Shown here: positions 14,101-28,800 of the stretch, one piece after another
How the letters are laid out: each line of letters begins with the position of its first letter
How positions within the stretch are numbered: position 1 is the stretch's first letter
Assembly: GCA_965644265.1 (NCBI GenBank)
Contig: OZ286466.1
Location: forward strand, 70,500,589 to 70,558,000
Reading direction: 5' to 3'
DNA: 57,412 bases
From: Glycera tridactyla
Lineage: Eukaryota
The notes under the pieces: model-generated
Told to the model about the DNA's origin: nothing
The model's database searches: none
What the model saw: only the letters and a program-made list of their open reading frames with translations
Position numbers and translations under genes: made by a program

Positions 14101-16426
14101 GAATCACAGGTGCTTTAGACCCATTTAAAAGATCCATTTTCATCGGTGAGTGAGAGATCACTATCACCAGATATTCCCCAGATTGTTTTATTTGTTTGTT
14201 TGAGGTTTAACGGCATGTATCAACCCTAGGATTATGTATGCCATGCGTTCCTGGTGAATGAAAGCTAGATGTTCTCTCCTCTGCAGACATCTCTCTCACA
14301 AACCCTGAACACACTATTTCCCAGAGCGGAGAAGGCTAATACAAAATGATAGAATCCCGCCGGTAAGCCACCTCAAGATATGTATTGGCATACCAGTCTG
14401 GTCAGGGCAGTTCCTATCCAGCACCCACTGGTTGACGCTCGGCTTATTGGCTTGAATTCTGGTACTCCATGTTGGATCAACATGTAGGAAGCATCGGTAC
14501 ACCGTGTCAAAATCAAGTGCCATGCACATTTCATCCCTTATGCAGGATTTCTGGCAGGCCTCCAATGTTGTGGCATTCTTAATGTAAATTCCTCCATATG
14601 CCAGTTGCCTTGGAAACACTTGCCAGGTGTAGCTGCACTCCGATGCTGCAATACATGATGGAATATATCAGTTGCTGATGTTGTGAAAAATATATGCAAA
14701 ATAGATCTACATACAAGTGGTCTTGGCACTGGATGTAAATTGTTTTGATCATATTCATATTGGAGTGAGCTCAATTTTCGTAGAGGAATTTTGATGTTAC
14801 CATGTGGCGTGTTCAACATGGAAATTTCATTCATGATGGATGTGGTTATGTGATGACATGTTCCTTTGCAAATAATAATCAGATGGATATGAAATAACCC
14901 ATGTATGAGACATAATGATGATGAGTCCTGTCCTTACGTAATTTCCGAAATCAAACTTCAGTATCATGAAAAGAGCAAGCCAAAAGACCCTGATATGACC
15001 ATCTTGAGATATACATGTCCAATAAATTATGTCTACATGCCAGATCTATCAGTTGCGACACAGCTCACTATAGCCATCGCGGGGGTCATCAACCAGGTAT
15101 ATGATTCACGCCGGACTGTCATGAAAACAATGCTTGAAATAAAAAGAAAAGCCAAATCAGATGCCAATATCCAACCAATCACTATGGAGTAATTGCAAAC
15201 TTCAGTTGCTGTGAATTCCATAATTTTTCACCTCCAGTTGGGTACCCAGAAGAAGAGGTCTTGAATGATCCCTCCCATGCCCATTGCATGGGCGTCACAA
15301 TATAGCACATAGCGCTGATATGGCGTTGAATTAGAACCAAAATAGCAACACTTTTGTGGGAAGTACCACTCACAATCCAAGATATTCCAGTCATTCTATG
15401 ACATGGCGGTAGCACATACAAACCATATTAGGAGCCTTTGCGAACATACTTGTCATGGATATGCTTGTGGTGGGTATGCTTGTGGGTATGCTTGTCATCA
15501 GGAGAGGCAGTGTGGTTGTGTCTGTGACCTCCGGACAGATTTCTGTCATCACCCACTGGTTAACGTGTGGTTTATTGAGAGCTATGCTGCTTCTCCAAGC
15601 CGGATTGGTGTGCAGATAACAGCGAGTTGCAGAGTCAAAGTCTATGGCGAAACAGATTCCATGCATCACACAGGCACTTTTGCAAAGATCCACTGTGCCA
15701 GCGGTTGCCATGTAGATACCACCATATGCCAGCTGCTCGGGGTACAAATCCCACTCGATTCTACAGCCTGGTGCTGTAATATAATCCATCACTATTAGTG
15801 CATGCATGTATGTATTTCTAGATGAGTGATAAAATAATAAGCNNNNNNNNNNNNNNNNNNNNNNNNNNNNNNNNNNNNNNNNNNNNNNNNNNNNNNNNNN
15901 NNNNNNNNNNNNNNNNNNNNNNNNNNNNNNNNNNNNNNNNNNNNNNNNNNNNNNNNNNNNNNNNNNNNNNNNNNNNNNNNNNNNNNNNNNNNNNNNNNNN
16001 NNNNNNNNNNNNGCATATATGTTTGAATGAGTGTGTGTGCATGTATGCATGTATGTATATTCGTTTGTATGTGTGTATATGCATGTGTCTTTTGTATGCT
16101 TGTAAACATGTATATGGCACAAACGTAATATTATCACTCATCAGCCATGAACTTATAAACAAGAGTTAAAAAGCATATTGTCTTGATATGACACCGCAGA
16201 AACTGTAGGTACAGTCGCTGACTACTTGAGTCACATCTCAGCGAAAATCAAAAAGCCCAATCTTCCAAATCAGCCGAAAAACAACATGTCTGGTTTGGTT
16301 GGTGTCAGTCAATAAAAAAGCTGACTCTCAACTCATTATAGTCTTCAGGGGAAATGATGCACTAGTGTGGGCCAGAGTTCAAGCAATTATAATGATATAC
16401 ACGTAATCATCCATGTAATGTGAAGA

Positions 16427-16493
<67 letters not shown>

Positions 16494-16835
16494 CATGAGT
16501 GATCGACGAAGTGCTTGCATATCATCAGGAAACAGTTTTGAAGTGACATAAGTCAATCAATTCCTACTTCAGCGAAAATTACAGTGCATTGGCACTGGGA
16601 GATTGTGCCAGTGTACCGAAATAGGATATTTCACACTCATTGATCAATGCATATTTGAAAATTCTCATCAAGTAAATTAAAATAGAGAAAACTATTATTG
16701 ACAGTAATCAAGAGAGGGATTGGGCCATAGCCGAACCAGTTTATTTCCACATCGGAAACACCTATTCAATATATCCATCATCCATTGGGGAAAGTAGGGT
16801 AGTTCAGATTGGGGAATAAGCGTGCTCTCTCTCTT

Positions 16836-16885
<50 letters not shown>

Positions 16886-19629
16886 TCTCGCTCTCTCTTG
16901 TATAACCAGGGGTTTGGCTTACATTTCTGCGGAGATCAAACCCATTAGATATGTTTTGATATGGGGCTATTTGAGAAAAAAAAATCCAAATACTCTATGG
17001 AGGTTTCAGTACTTGGGAAAATGATTGGTATGGAATGATTAGTATGTGATATACCAACATAAGAATTGATATAAGGCAGTCACAAGTGACAAGCGAAACA
17101 CGAAAGAAAAAACAGAATGCTCTCATTATTTTCAACATATCAAATTCTTTGAAAGTTGCTTTAATCATTATAATAAATATAAAAAAAGCATATAACAAAA
17201 GTACATATAAAACAACTAATCCATAATTTTTCCCCGAAATGTTAGAAACATAGGACGGAATAAGGGTGATCCAAATATGATTCCTCAGGGAATATTCATG
17301 AAAGATACAGCCAAGACCTTCTATCGTCATAAATTTGTTAGGACAGTCATATGAAATCTTTATTTTCATATGGAGCACTGGGTCACTGTGCTGGATAAAT
17401 GGTAATAAGTGTGCGAAAAGGTTGATTGATTGGCCAATGAATCGACTGATTGATTGGGTAATTGATCGATTGATCGATCAATTAATTAGTTGATCAACTA
17501 TCTTACGTTTCTAGATCAGTGGGCAATTAGAAGAAAACATTTATCACTGGCTGGCCTGCCAAATAACTTGAAATTTGATGGATAAACCCCCCCCCCCCAC
17601 AAAACTTCCCCAATAAACCTATGATAGGGGGTTGATAAAAACTCCTAAAATATACCTATGATAGAAGGTAAGGTCGATACAATTTCACAAATCTCGTTGC
17701 CCAAGTGGAAGTCTTCAATATGCAACAGATAGTATCTGGATTCCCAAGTTATAGGCACTCTCGGTAGAGCATTTGTTGAACCCACCAAAAAGCTGGGGAT
17801 AACCCATTAGTGTTCGTGTGACTCAAAGAAAACCAGAGAATGATATTGGGGAGAGATCTCCACTTGTTGGTAGGCCATTTCAGTAGTGATTTGTCTCAAC
17901 CCACCAAAGAGCTGGGGATGACCCATAAGTGAGTAGTATGACCCAACGAAAACCAGCGATAGATGCTGCAGTGATCTACTCATTGGTAGGCGGTTTCAGT
18001 TGCGAAATGTTTCAACCCATCAAACAACTGGGGACAACCCATGAGTGTGTGGTGTGAGCCGAAGGAACCCAACGAATGCGATGGGAGAGAGACCTACTTG
18101 TTGGTAGGCAATGTCAGTAGCGAATTGTTTCAACCCATAAGTGAGTGGTGTGACCGAAAGGAACCAGCATATTGGGAAGCGACCTACTCGTTGGGTAGGC
18201 AGCTCAAGTAGCAATTCCTTTCATCCCACCAGACAGCCGGGAATGACCAATAAATGAGTGGTGCGACCCGAAGAAAACCTGCGAATGCTATTGGAGAGAG
18301 ACCTACTTGTTGGTAGGCTGGTGAGTGTGCTGCTCTCAGGACATGACCTGCTCAATACCCATTGATCAACACTGATTTTGCCCATCTGGATGTTTGAACT
18401 CCAGCCTGGGTCTGTGTGAATGAAGCATTTGTTGGCCTTGTCATAATCAATTGCTGTACAAGTGAGGTTTTGGACGCAAGCCTCCTGGCAACCCTGCAGG
18501 CTGGTGATGGCGGGCATCCAGGCGCCTCCATAAGCTAGCTGATCTGGATACACTGTCCAGGAGACCTCACAGTCAGAGGCTGCAAAATATGGAGAAAGAG
18601 CAAACATTATATGGATGACATTATAGTATGTTGGCCTGCTCACATTTTACTAATAATTTTTTCCCTATCCCTTTCTCGTGTATCATATTATTCTAAGCAC
18701 CCGCAAATGATCTACTGATACCCATATAATTGAATAAAGAGCAAACATTGTATGGCTCAGATGATAGTATGTTATCATATTCTGGCCTGACCACATGTTA
18801 CCCACTAAAAATTCTTCTTCCTCTCCCATTCTTGTATATCATATTTATCCATGCATCTGCAAATGATCTACTGATACCCATATAATTGAATAAAGAGTAA
18901 ATATTGTATGGTTGAGATGATAGCATGTCAGACATTTTTTTGCCTGATTACATGTTACCCAATAAGAGTCTTTTCTGTATCATAATTCATCTGATCACCT
19001 GAGTATGATCAACAGATGCCTATATGATTGAGGACGGTTGAAGTTCCTGCTGATTGATACAAATGTCAGGATATTTAGCATGATTCCATTTCAGGCGGAT
19101 ATGAGTATATTTGCTGTATTTTTTCTCAGAAAGATACTAATCTCATAAATTGTGAAATGGATCTCACGATCTTTGTACATTTACACGCAGATGTTAGGAT
19201 ATAGTATACTATTTGGATCACACTTGAAGCTTGGTGAATATGCCATAAATACTTACTGATCTGGCACTGAAAACATGACAATTTGAACATACCTTTTCAT
19301 ATCAAAATCACTAGGTTGAGGATATTCCTTGCTTTCAGATGAATTATTGTGTATATTGAGTGATATTCTTCATACATACCCTTTCAGGAGGCTCCAATAC
19401 AGTATTGACAAACATATAAAGATACTTCCATATGCTACCCTGCTCATTTGTTAGTACAATGATCCATGGCGACAAGTCAGTTAGCCAGTCCCATCAGTGG
19501 CAAAAAGATGAAAGCTCCGAGTAACAATCCAAAATAAGAGTTCCATTCACATACCTACAGGAACCTCTCTCTCTTTCTCTTCCTCTGTCTTTCTCTCATC
19601 CTCTCTCTTACTTTCTCTTCCTCTCTCTA

Positions 19630-19714
<85 letters not shown>

Positions 19715-19822
19715 CCTTCTTTTATTCACCCTCTCTCGGACTTGACACGCAAATGGGCATGATGAAAAAACATCTGGTATTCATGTAGTGCATATTCGGA
19801 GAATGTGTTACCAAATGAGTAT

Positions 19823-19898
<76 letters not shown>

Positions 19899-22800
19899 GT
19901 GCAAATGTGTGTGTATCAAGGACAGTATGAGGTATGAGCAACATCTCAAGTGATTAATGCAGATTTCACCAATTCTCGAAATTGCACGACAAGGTTCAGG
20001 TATACCCTGAAAATCATCTCATCATCACATTGAAAGTACAGACAATGATATATTTTCTTATTGGTCGCAGCCTAATCTAACTGCTGATACTAAATTATAC
20101 TGGCCGTTGTCAACTCTTGACTGGTTGCCATGGCAACGAAATCGGATTTTATCATGAATATTTCGTAGCAAGGCCTGGCGCAATGGCAATACTGCATAAT
20201 GTCACTCATGTTTGGTATAAAAATGTGCATCTCATTAAGCTCGACAATGTGGCATTGGCACAATTTTTAGTTAGCCAATATAACCTTTATAAAATCCGTT
20301 TTTGTGGTAAAAATTGAGAAATCTAGGCTTCAATTTCACACTAAAATGTGTATTACAGAATTTCTGAGGCCAAATTAAAAATTGTGCCAGATGTACGATT
20401 GAAAGTATTGAGAAATGGATGAATTGACACCAAATATGAACCACTGTAATGTAGATTGGCATTGCGCCATGCCAAAATGTCCTAAAATAGATCCTCTGCA
20501 TGGCATTTGTTGCCATAGCAACGGTGGCCAAGCTATCCCTGGTGACCATCTAACATCTGGTATCCAAGCTCATGAAGTGTTCTTTCAATTGATATATAGT
20601 TTCCTGTATATCATGTCATTTGTATGCATCGTATCTTGCTCTAATCCGACCCTTTGATACTCATTCTTGTGATCAGCCCACACTGCATTAACGACTTGAG
20701 ATCATGATATTGACAATTCGTGAGGAGAATGTGCCGTTGAAAGGTGACAAGCATACACATCTATGATTCACATCGCAGTAATGCACACAATTCTAACAGT
20801 ATACAACAACTCTTCAATAATGTGACATCATCAATTTTTATTATTCAATGATCAAAGCCCAACCAACACCAATATATACACAATGTTGTAATTCAATCCA
20901 ATACCCAGGGGTATTTCATCAAAGCATCGGGTATATATATCCCTCGAAATACGTGTGTGGTCAATATCACTTGTGAAACTGAATCAAAATAACAGATGTT
21001 TTGATGGTCCACTCGTGTGCGCTGAGTAAAGCTGTACACAGCTATCTGCACACCTGTACATATCACTTGTATTACGAGTTTAAATAAAGTTTATCAAATT
21101 GCATTGTAAATCATAGTATTGTTCAACATACACACACACAGTCTCCATAGCATCTGTGATTATCACCTATATTTTCTAATCAACTCATCATAGAATAAAT
21201 TTTAGAATAACTTATATTAGATTAAATAAAAGTGTTGCACTCCCGCAATCAAATTATACTCAGATCAGTATGTGTAATCAGAACGTAAACAAATCTGCCC
21301 AAACACATCAGAGAACACCAAATACCCAATCGGGAAAATTGTTTCTGAACGGGAATCAATGTGGATTTTCATCAGCATGTTTGCACACTGTGCATGATTG
21401 GTATTTAACTGAATATACACTCAAATGCCACACATTGAAGGATTCAAATATATCGCAGATGATAACAAAAAAAAAACAGCACTGGGTACATTCCTGCAAA
21501 CAATCCTAATGATCGCTCATGTTTCGTAACTGGGGTTCAAATTCCCAGCCAATAATCAGGAGTGACGCAGTGTCATTAATGACACTGCACCTGATTATCA
21601 GGGCAGAATCCTTAATGTTCACAATGGCCTGGTAATATGGTTGTGGTACATCGAGTTTTCAACCTATTTTTCAAATATTTTGCATATAATGAGCATAAGA
21701 CTTCTAGTTTATATTTTTGCATGTAACTGCCATGGTTGTCCCTGGCAACCAAGGTCAAGGTCATATGAAGGTCAAATCCCCTAATTTTTCTACCTACCAT
21801 ATTTGATGCTAAATATACAGGCCGTTCCACTCATCAGGGAAATGAGCATTAACCCTCAGCATGAAGCTATGTTGTCAACTTCCACGAAAATCATAGGGCC
21901 TTGACATATGGGACAATAGTCTGCGTTAATGTAAGAGAAGTTTCCATGGAAACTTGCAAAAATGCTGAATTTTGACATATTCCAGCTCACCTGATCGAGA
22001 AAACTTCCATCAACAATCTGGGCCCTATGGTTTTCTATTAGGGCCTTGTGGGTTGTATATTAATATGAACTCTAATCTCATGCGGAGGGGCAGGAACGGC
22101 CTGTACGAATTGAAAAAACGTGATTTTTTACCCACTTTTGGTCATTTGTCCTTGGTTACCATAGCAACCATGGAGCAAAGAACATGAACCTCTCTCAAAA
22201 ATATCTTTGTAAGTCATATGATATGATGGCATCATTTTGTCATGCATTATGTACATATATGTCAACTGAGTGGTGAATTTTGATTTCCAGCCTAATTTCA
22301 AATGGTTACCATGGCAACCAGTGACTCTGCATTCGGGAAAGCTCTATAGTAACCAGATTCTTCAGCTGTCATGTGTGAACCACATTGACATATCTTCATG
22401 TCATTGATGGCTGGATTGAAAGTATTGTGTTACACCAGCTGACAAGGGCTGAATTTCCATTCATGCCATTAATTACACTGCGGATTTGGCAATCGAGGTG
22501 CTGCAGGACTGCATCCAATATAGTGTGACATTCGGGCAAACAGCGATACATTGTTTCATATGCAGAAATCCATCCAATGAGATCATAGCTTGATAAGATG
22601 TTAGGAATAAACCAAACGTTGGCCGATTATCATCCTCGTATTTCAGGTGATGAATACTTCCTGTCCATATCTGACCATCATTTGCCTTTGATTGCCCGAG
22701 AAATAGAGATACATCCACCTAGTTGTGGCGTTAGTAGCAGATAGACCCTGAATCAATGTAGTACATTGCTTTGTGCCATTTGTAAAATATACAAGCTGAC

Positions 22801-25800
22801 CGATGAATGAGTGAAATAACCAGCATCCAACGGATCTGGATCCTGTCATAATCTTGCCGATTGTGTGGATGACCAGCTTCAACTTATGAACTCAGGCTGA
22901 TAGCTAGTTTGCCCAACCATATGATAACAACACTTTTGTAATATTAGAATTGCCGAATAAAATATATATATCATAAAGGATACCACTGCTAGCAATGACA
23001 AGAATATGCAAAGAATATTAGGAACAGAAATACACCCGTTGTCACCTTACCTTTTAGGCTTAGATTCTTTTTAGGTTTTATTTTCAAATCATTCTGTTTA
23101 TACCCTACAATTCAACAGAATGTTAGCAATAAAAACTTAAATAGACAAGCAATTATCACCCAATAGCTCCACGCCTCCATCACACCAAGCCAATTCAAAG
23201 AAATAGCATAGGCTCTTTGAATTTGGCAAGTAAAATTAACTAAGCTATGGAATAAGGGCAATGAATGGTGTTATCTTGTTGGACGGTGGTAAACAATATT
23301 ATGAAGCACGTATGCTTTGAATTTGTTTACAGGGTAAAGGTAAAGACTAGGGTTGTACAAGAACCTAACTTACCAGTGGTAATCGGGACAAAAGTACTTT
23401 TTGTGGAATGGGATGATAGGGGGCCTGATGTTGTGACATTTATTGCTTTTGTTGGTATATATTCTGTTGGTGAGGATGATAATTCTGAGGTAAGGCCTGG
23501 AGTTTCGTGAGCGGTCGATGATCCTGTGATATGTATACCAGAAGTTGATCCCTGGAATCCCTGGGTGATCGTTCTTGAAGTCGTGGGCACTAGGGTGGAT
23601 GTGGTCGGGGTCGTTGGTTGATTAGTAGATTTGGATGATTTCGTAGTCTGAGTTGCAACAAATGCAGTGGTTTTGCTGTAGGTCGATGGGCTTGCTGTTG
23701 ACCTGGCTGTCATCTTCAGTGTGGTTGTCTGCTCAGGCTTTGATATGGAACTAGTAGAATAGATGCCATTGACAGTTGATTTCGGTGTAAGAGTGGATGT
23801 AGATGCAGTGTAGGTCGGAGAAATTGGACCATCAGTACTTTTGGCACTAGTCTCTGTTCTAGGCGTGGTCTTCTCTATTCTTGGTGTGCTTGTTGGTGTG
23901 CTTGTTACAACATATGCAGTGGTTTTGCTGTAGGATGATAGGCCTGCGGTTGATCTGGCAGTATATGTTGGAGATATGGGACCATCAGTACTTTTGGCAC
24001 TAGTCTCTGTCCTAGGTGTGGTCTTCTCTGTTCTTGGTGTGCTTGTTGGTGTGCTTGTTGCAACATATGCAGTGGTTTTGCTGTTGGATGATAGGCCTGC
24101 TGTTGATCTGGCAGTATATGTTGGAGATATGGGACCATCAGTACTTTTGGCACTAGTCTCTGTTTTTGGTGTGGTCTTCTCTGTTTTTGGTGTGCTTGTT
24201 GGTGGGAGTGAACTTGAAATATCTGAAAATAGGTAGAATATTGGTTGTGTCTAAAACTACTCCTAAGCCACATCGGGATGAAATTCATAAACAGTGTGGA
24301 AAAATGAATGTCTTGAAGAAGGGCAGATTTGGGAAAACATTTTGGGGAACTCCTGAGCCAGTGTAATTTTGCAAATTGAATTGCAAACTGAAGATATTCG
24401 TCCTCACCATCAAATACATATTTCAGCTGACATGCCATATTCATTTGGGAAAATTGATGAATACATGATCAATCTGCATGATAGCAATATCCTTAATCTC
24501 TTTCATGCTTATTTCGTTGCTCTTCATTGCTCTTCTATATGAAATATTGCCACAGAAATATAAGAATATATCGTGTACATGGAGAGTAGGATTTTCAAGA
24601 TCACTTTCAGATGAGATTTGGCAATTNNNNNNNNNNNNNNNNNNNNNNNNNNNNNNNNNNNNNNNNNNNNNNNNNNNNNNNNNNNNNNNNNNNNNNNNNN
24701 NNNNNNNNNNNNNNNNNNNNNNNNNNNNNNNNNNNNNNNNNNNNNNNNNNNNNNNNNNNNNNNNNNNNNNNNNNNNNNNCGCAGCCTAACCTTGGTCACG
24801 AAGCTAATTCGGGGTTGCATCCACCAAATGAAATTTTCATTATTTATTCAAAATTAAGTGATTTGACTTAATTCTGTGTGATTCCGAGTTTTGGCTATAT
24901 CAGCCTCATCAGTCACCATTGTGAAAATAAATTATTCATTCAGATAACTATTCGACTGTCTCGCTCTCTTTGGACAGTCTACTAGCTCATCACAGTCTAT
25001 GTGACCATCCTTGTGGATTGCATTCCTCAAATGAATGAATTGATTGATGAAATGAAAGAAAAATAATTTATCTAACCTCGTGGAGGAGAGTTCCTAGGAA
25101 CATTTTGCCTCCTCCTCGAGCACAAAATGACATTTACAACGAGTATGTATAAAATACATAGACATACAATATGTACATACAATAAAATCAATGAGATCCA
25201 TTGCTCCAAAAGTTAAATTGGATGGGGATCGGATGTTAGGCTTAAAAAAATATAATATATAATATATGATATATAACTGTATATGATATATAATATATAA
25301 CTGTATATAATATATAATATATAACTGTGGATTTTCATTACCTGGACAATCTCGCTTGATCACCCATTGGTCAACATTGGGATGATTTGTTTGGATCCTA
25401 CTAGGCCAGCCGGGATCCGAATGCATGTAACACCGCCCATTGAAGTCGATTGCAAGGCAGGATTCATCGTTAACGCAGGCATTTTGACATTCCTGAACTG
25501 TAGGTGCAGATGGAACGACGACTCCGCCAAACGCTAGCTGAGCTGGGAAATATTCCCACATGATATTACAACCAGGTGCTGAAATCAAACGAACACACAA
25601 CATATACCTGGCTTTTAGGTATGGTTTGATGCTTTAAGAATGACAAAAGAGGATTTTTGGAAGACGACATAATTCGTCACTAGACTCATGACTACTTATG
25701 GAGAGCAACTTCTTTGATTTGTTTATCATGTATCTTCACTCATGTCGTTAATGCAGATTTTGGTATGTTTAATTGTGTATCCAACACCTATAACACTATA

Positions 25801-28800
25801 AATGTTTTGAACAAGATGAGTTCCACTGATACAAAATAAATGTTATCATACATGGAGGAAAGAACTTTACCTTCAAATGTTCCTTTATGGAAAGGAATTT
25901 TCATTTAGAGAGTTTTCATGCAGGAGACATGGCGCCAGAACGAAATGTGGAATTTTTCAGTGAAATATAGGTATCCTGGTTGCCATGGCAACCGTTGTCA
26001 TGGTGTCTGGTCTGTGATATGCCTCACTGTCAAGTTTTTCCTTAGAGCAATCCATTTATACCATTCATTTTTTTGTAATAATAGATACTCTTTCCAAATA
26101 CCAGAAGGAACATATATCGGATTCCTGGTTTTGACACTATTGAAATCTGCATTAAAGACATGAGCAAACTTGGATGAAGACACCATGCATCATGGCAACT
26201 GAGCCGGAAGGTGGATGTTCTGCTCAAATTCACTGATTTGCCAATGATAGCGAGATCCTTCCCTTATTCACAGACATTTAAAATGTTATCTTCCCTGTCT
26301 GTTTCCTATTCGATGGTAGATCTATATTTATTCATTCTATCGTTTCTACTCATACATAAGGAGATGGAATAACCATATTTTACTCAATCAAGTACTAAAC
26401 CAACATACAAACAATCAAAGGTAGAATAGGATGTTAGTCAAGGGTGGACTGGATTATCAACAATTTAACAATCATGATGAAGGAAGCATCACTGACAACA
26501 TATCATACAATATTACTGCCTCAAAATCCAATTGTTGTAAAACCTGGTGATGTTACTTTCCAAGATTGCAAATTGCTTGATTTCCCCTGCTTGTTCCCGC
26601 CACTCGCGACCATCAAATCTCTCCACGCGGGTACTGAAGTGGAACACACGATGAGCGGAAAGCCCTTACACTGATACTAACAACGAGATGGATTTATACA
26701 TTCTGCTCAACCTTGTCTCATTCTTCTCCATATAACTTCATCGTAAATTAACGTATCCACACAATTCTTTCAGAAAAACATTGACAGCAATATTTGTGGA
26801 TGATTCTATATAACACTGTACTAACAGATGAGAACAAAAGGCGTGAGAGTTGATCACAAGGGAGCAAGCTCACCGAGTCTAGGTGCAAATACTAATTGCA
26901 ACTAGCAAAGGCATGGGCTCACTTGTGACACTATGTCGGGAGTGAGTACATGTCCCTTCCATGCAAACCAACAATAGAACACCCGCACATATTGTTCTGA
27001 AGGGAATTGCGAAAGAACTGCGTCAGAATGATCATTTTCACGATGCGCAGAGAGTTAGAATGAGATCAGGTTAGGCTTGAATTGGCGATCTCGTCTATGC
27101 GTTGAGCTAACATATAGTCGGAAGTGTCGTGCTCACCACTTGTTCCACTCTAGAACCCGTATGTGGCGATTTACCGGCTGCGGGCGTGGCGGAAATCAAG
27201 CAATTCATAGAACCTACGTGTTATTGGGAGGGTGATTACTGGTGTTGTATCATCACAGGCTCGGTTCACCACCCATTGGTCAACATTGGGATGATTTGTC
27301 TGGATCCGGTCGGACCAGCTGGGATCCGAATGTATGTAACATTTGCCATTGAAGTCAATAGCTAGGCATGAATCATCATTAAGACATGCAGTCTGACATT
27401 CTGGTACTGAGGATGCTGATGGAACAACGACGCCACCGAACGCTAGTTGAGATGGGAAGAAATCCCATGTGATGGAACAACCTGTTGCTGAAGTTGAAAT
27501 GAATAGAAATGAGACAAGGAATGAATGAACATGATCAATCTCTCAATGGAATCAGTGCTGAGGGGTAGAGTCTGATTCATTAATCAAGCTCATGGAGTAT
27601 AGTGGTATGCATTGGGAGAGTATGGCTACATAGGTCACACAAGTGACATCTCCTGAGGCATACCACTTGTGTAGTCTGCGACTGTTAGTGTAGTGCATGC
27701 TTCTGTCATTCTGGTAGGCTTTTCAACCCTCTTGTCACTGTCACCTATCCCACCACCAGGTACAACAACAGTTCTTTCACATTTGAGTCAAGTGTGAAGA
27801 CACTACCATTACACCACATGACATATCATATCCGGTAATTCCATATCCTCGTGGCTATGCCATGTGTTTGACAGAATCTTTCCAGGCCCTTGTCAGAAGG
27901 GGGAAATCAATAGAACCTTTTTGGAAATGATGGTTCCACATCATTGGTGTCTCTATAACAAGAACACAGCACAGAGGATATCCCTCAATAAATGCATGTC
28001 ACCACAAACACATTGTGTTCAACACTTGTTTGATTGACTGTTTTGATGATGAGTATGTGTCTGTGTCTTTCCTTGGTTAGACACATCCCCGAAAATAGCT
28101 GAAAAAGTAGCAATAGAATGGTCAAGACTGTTCAGGCTTGACAATGTCACAGGGCTGAAATAGAACAAGCCAACCAAGACGGTCAATCGAAGGATCGAGT
28201 AACCAATCGAGAGAATGGTCAATAAAATGTACAACATCAATGGTGGGTCTGGTATCAAGCAATTCTGATATCACACTTGAGGCAGCACCACTCCACTGCG
28301 TTGGAAGATTCCCAGAAATATATAATTTGGGAATCTGTTTGTTGAACCAGAACCAACCAACAATCCTGTGAGGAATACTGCAACAGGCAGTGGCCTCATT
28401 CGAAGATACACATAGCATGCCACCTTGCAAGTTACAGTTTGAGTAAAATTATATATTAAAGTAATTTTGAATGGTTACTACCATGTGATGAGTTTGTGAT
28501 CATTCTAAAACAGCTCTGAAGATTGAATGGCAATTGAATACAAAGTCTGGATCAGTCCATGTTGAATATGTTGTCTGGTTGATTGAATGTGGTCATTTCT
28601 CTGACGAAAGAATCCTATTTAGTGTCCTATGCCGTGTGATAGTCTATCGATATAACGTCTTGATTTGACAAAATAGAAAGATAGTATCGAAAGTACCATC
28701 TCTCCCCAAATTTTGTCAAACTTGATGAATATCATGGGAAAACGAACCGAAAATAAGCCCAACTCCTATCAATAATACAGAGATTTAGGTGGGGCATATT

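Noticed and set aside
16809-19949. ORFs with SLSLSL, ERERER and THTHTH tracts
   Set aside because: Translations of (CT)n and (GT)n microsatellites
7843-24871. ORFs containing long X runs
   Set aside because: Artefacts of reading through N-gaps
27112-27177. Possible 66-nt phase 1-1 exon just after exon 27218
   Set aside because: Would need a 40-nt intron and has a weak donor
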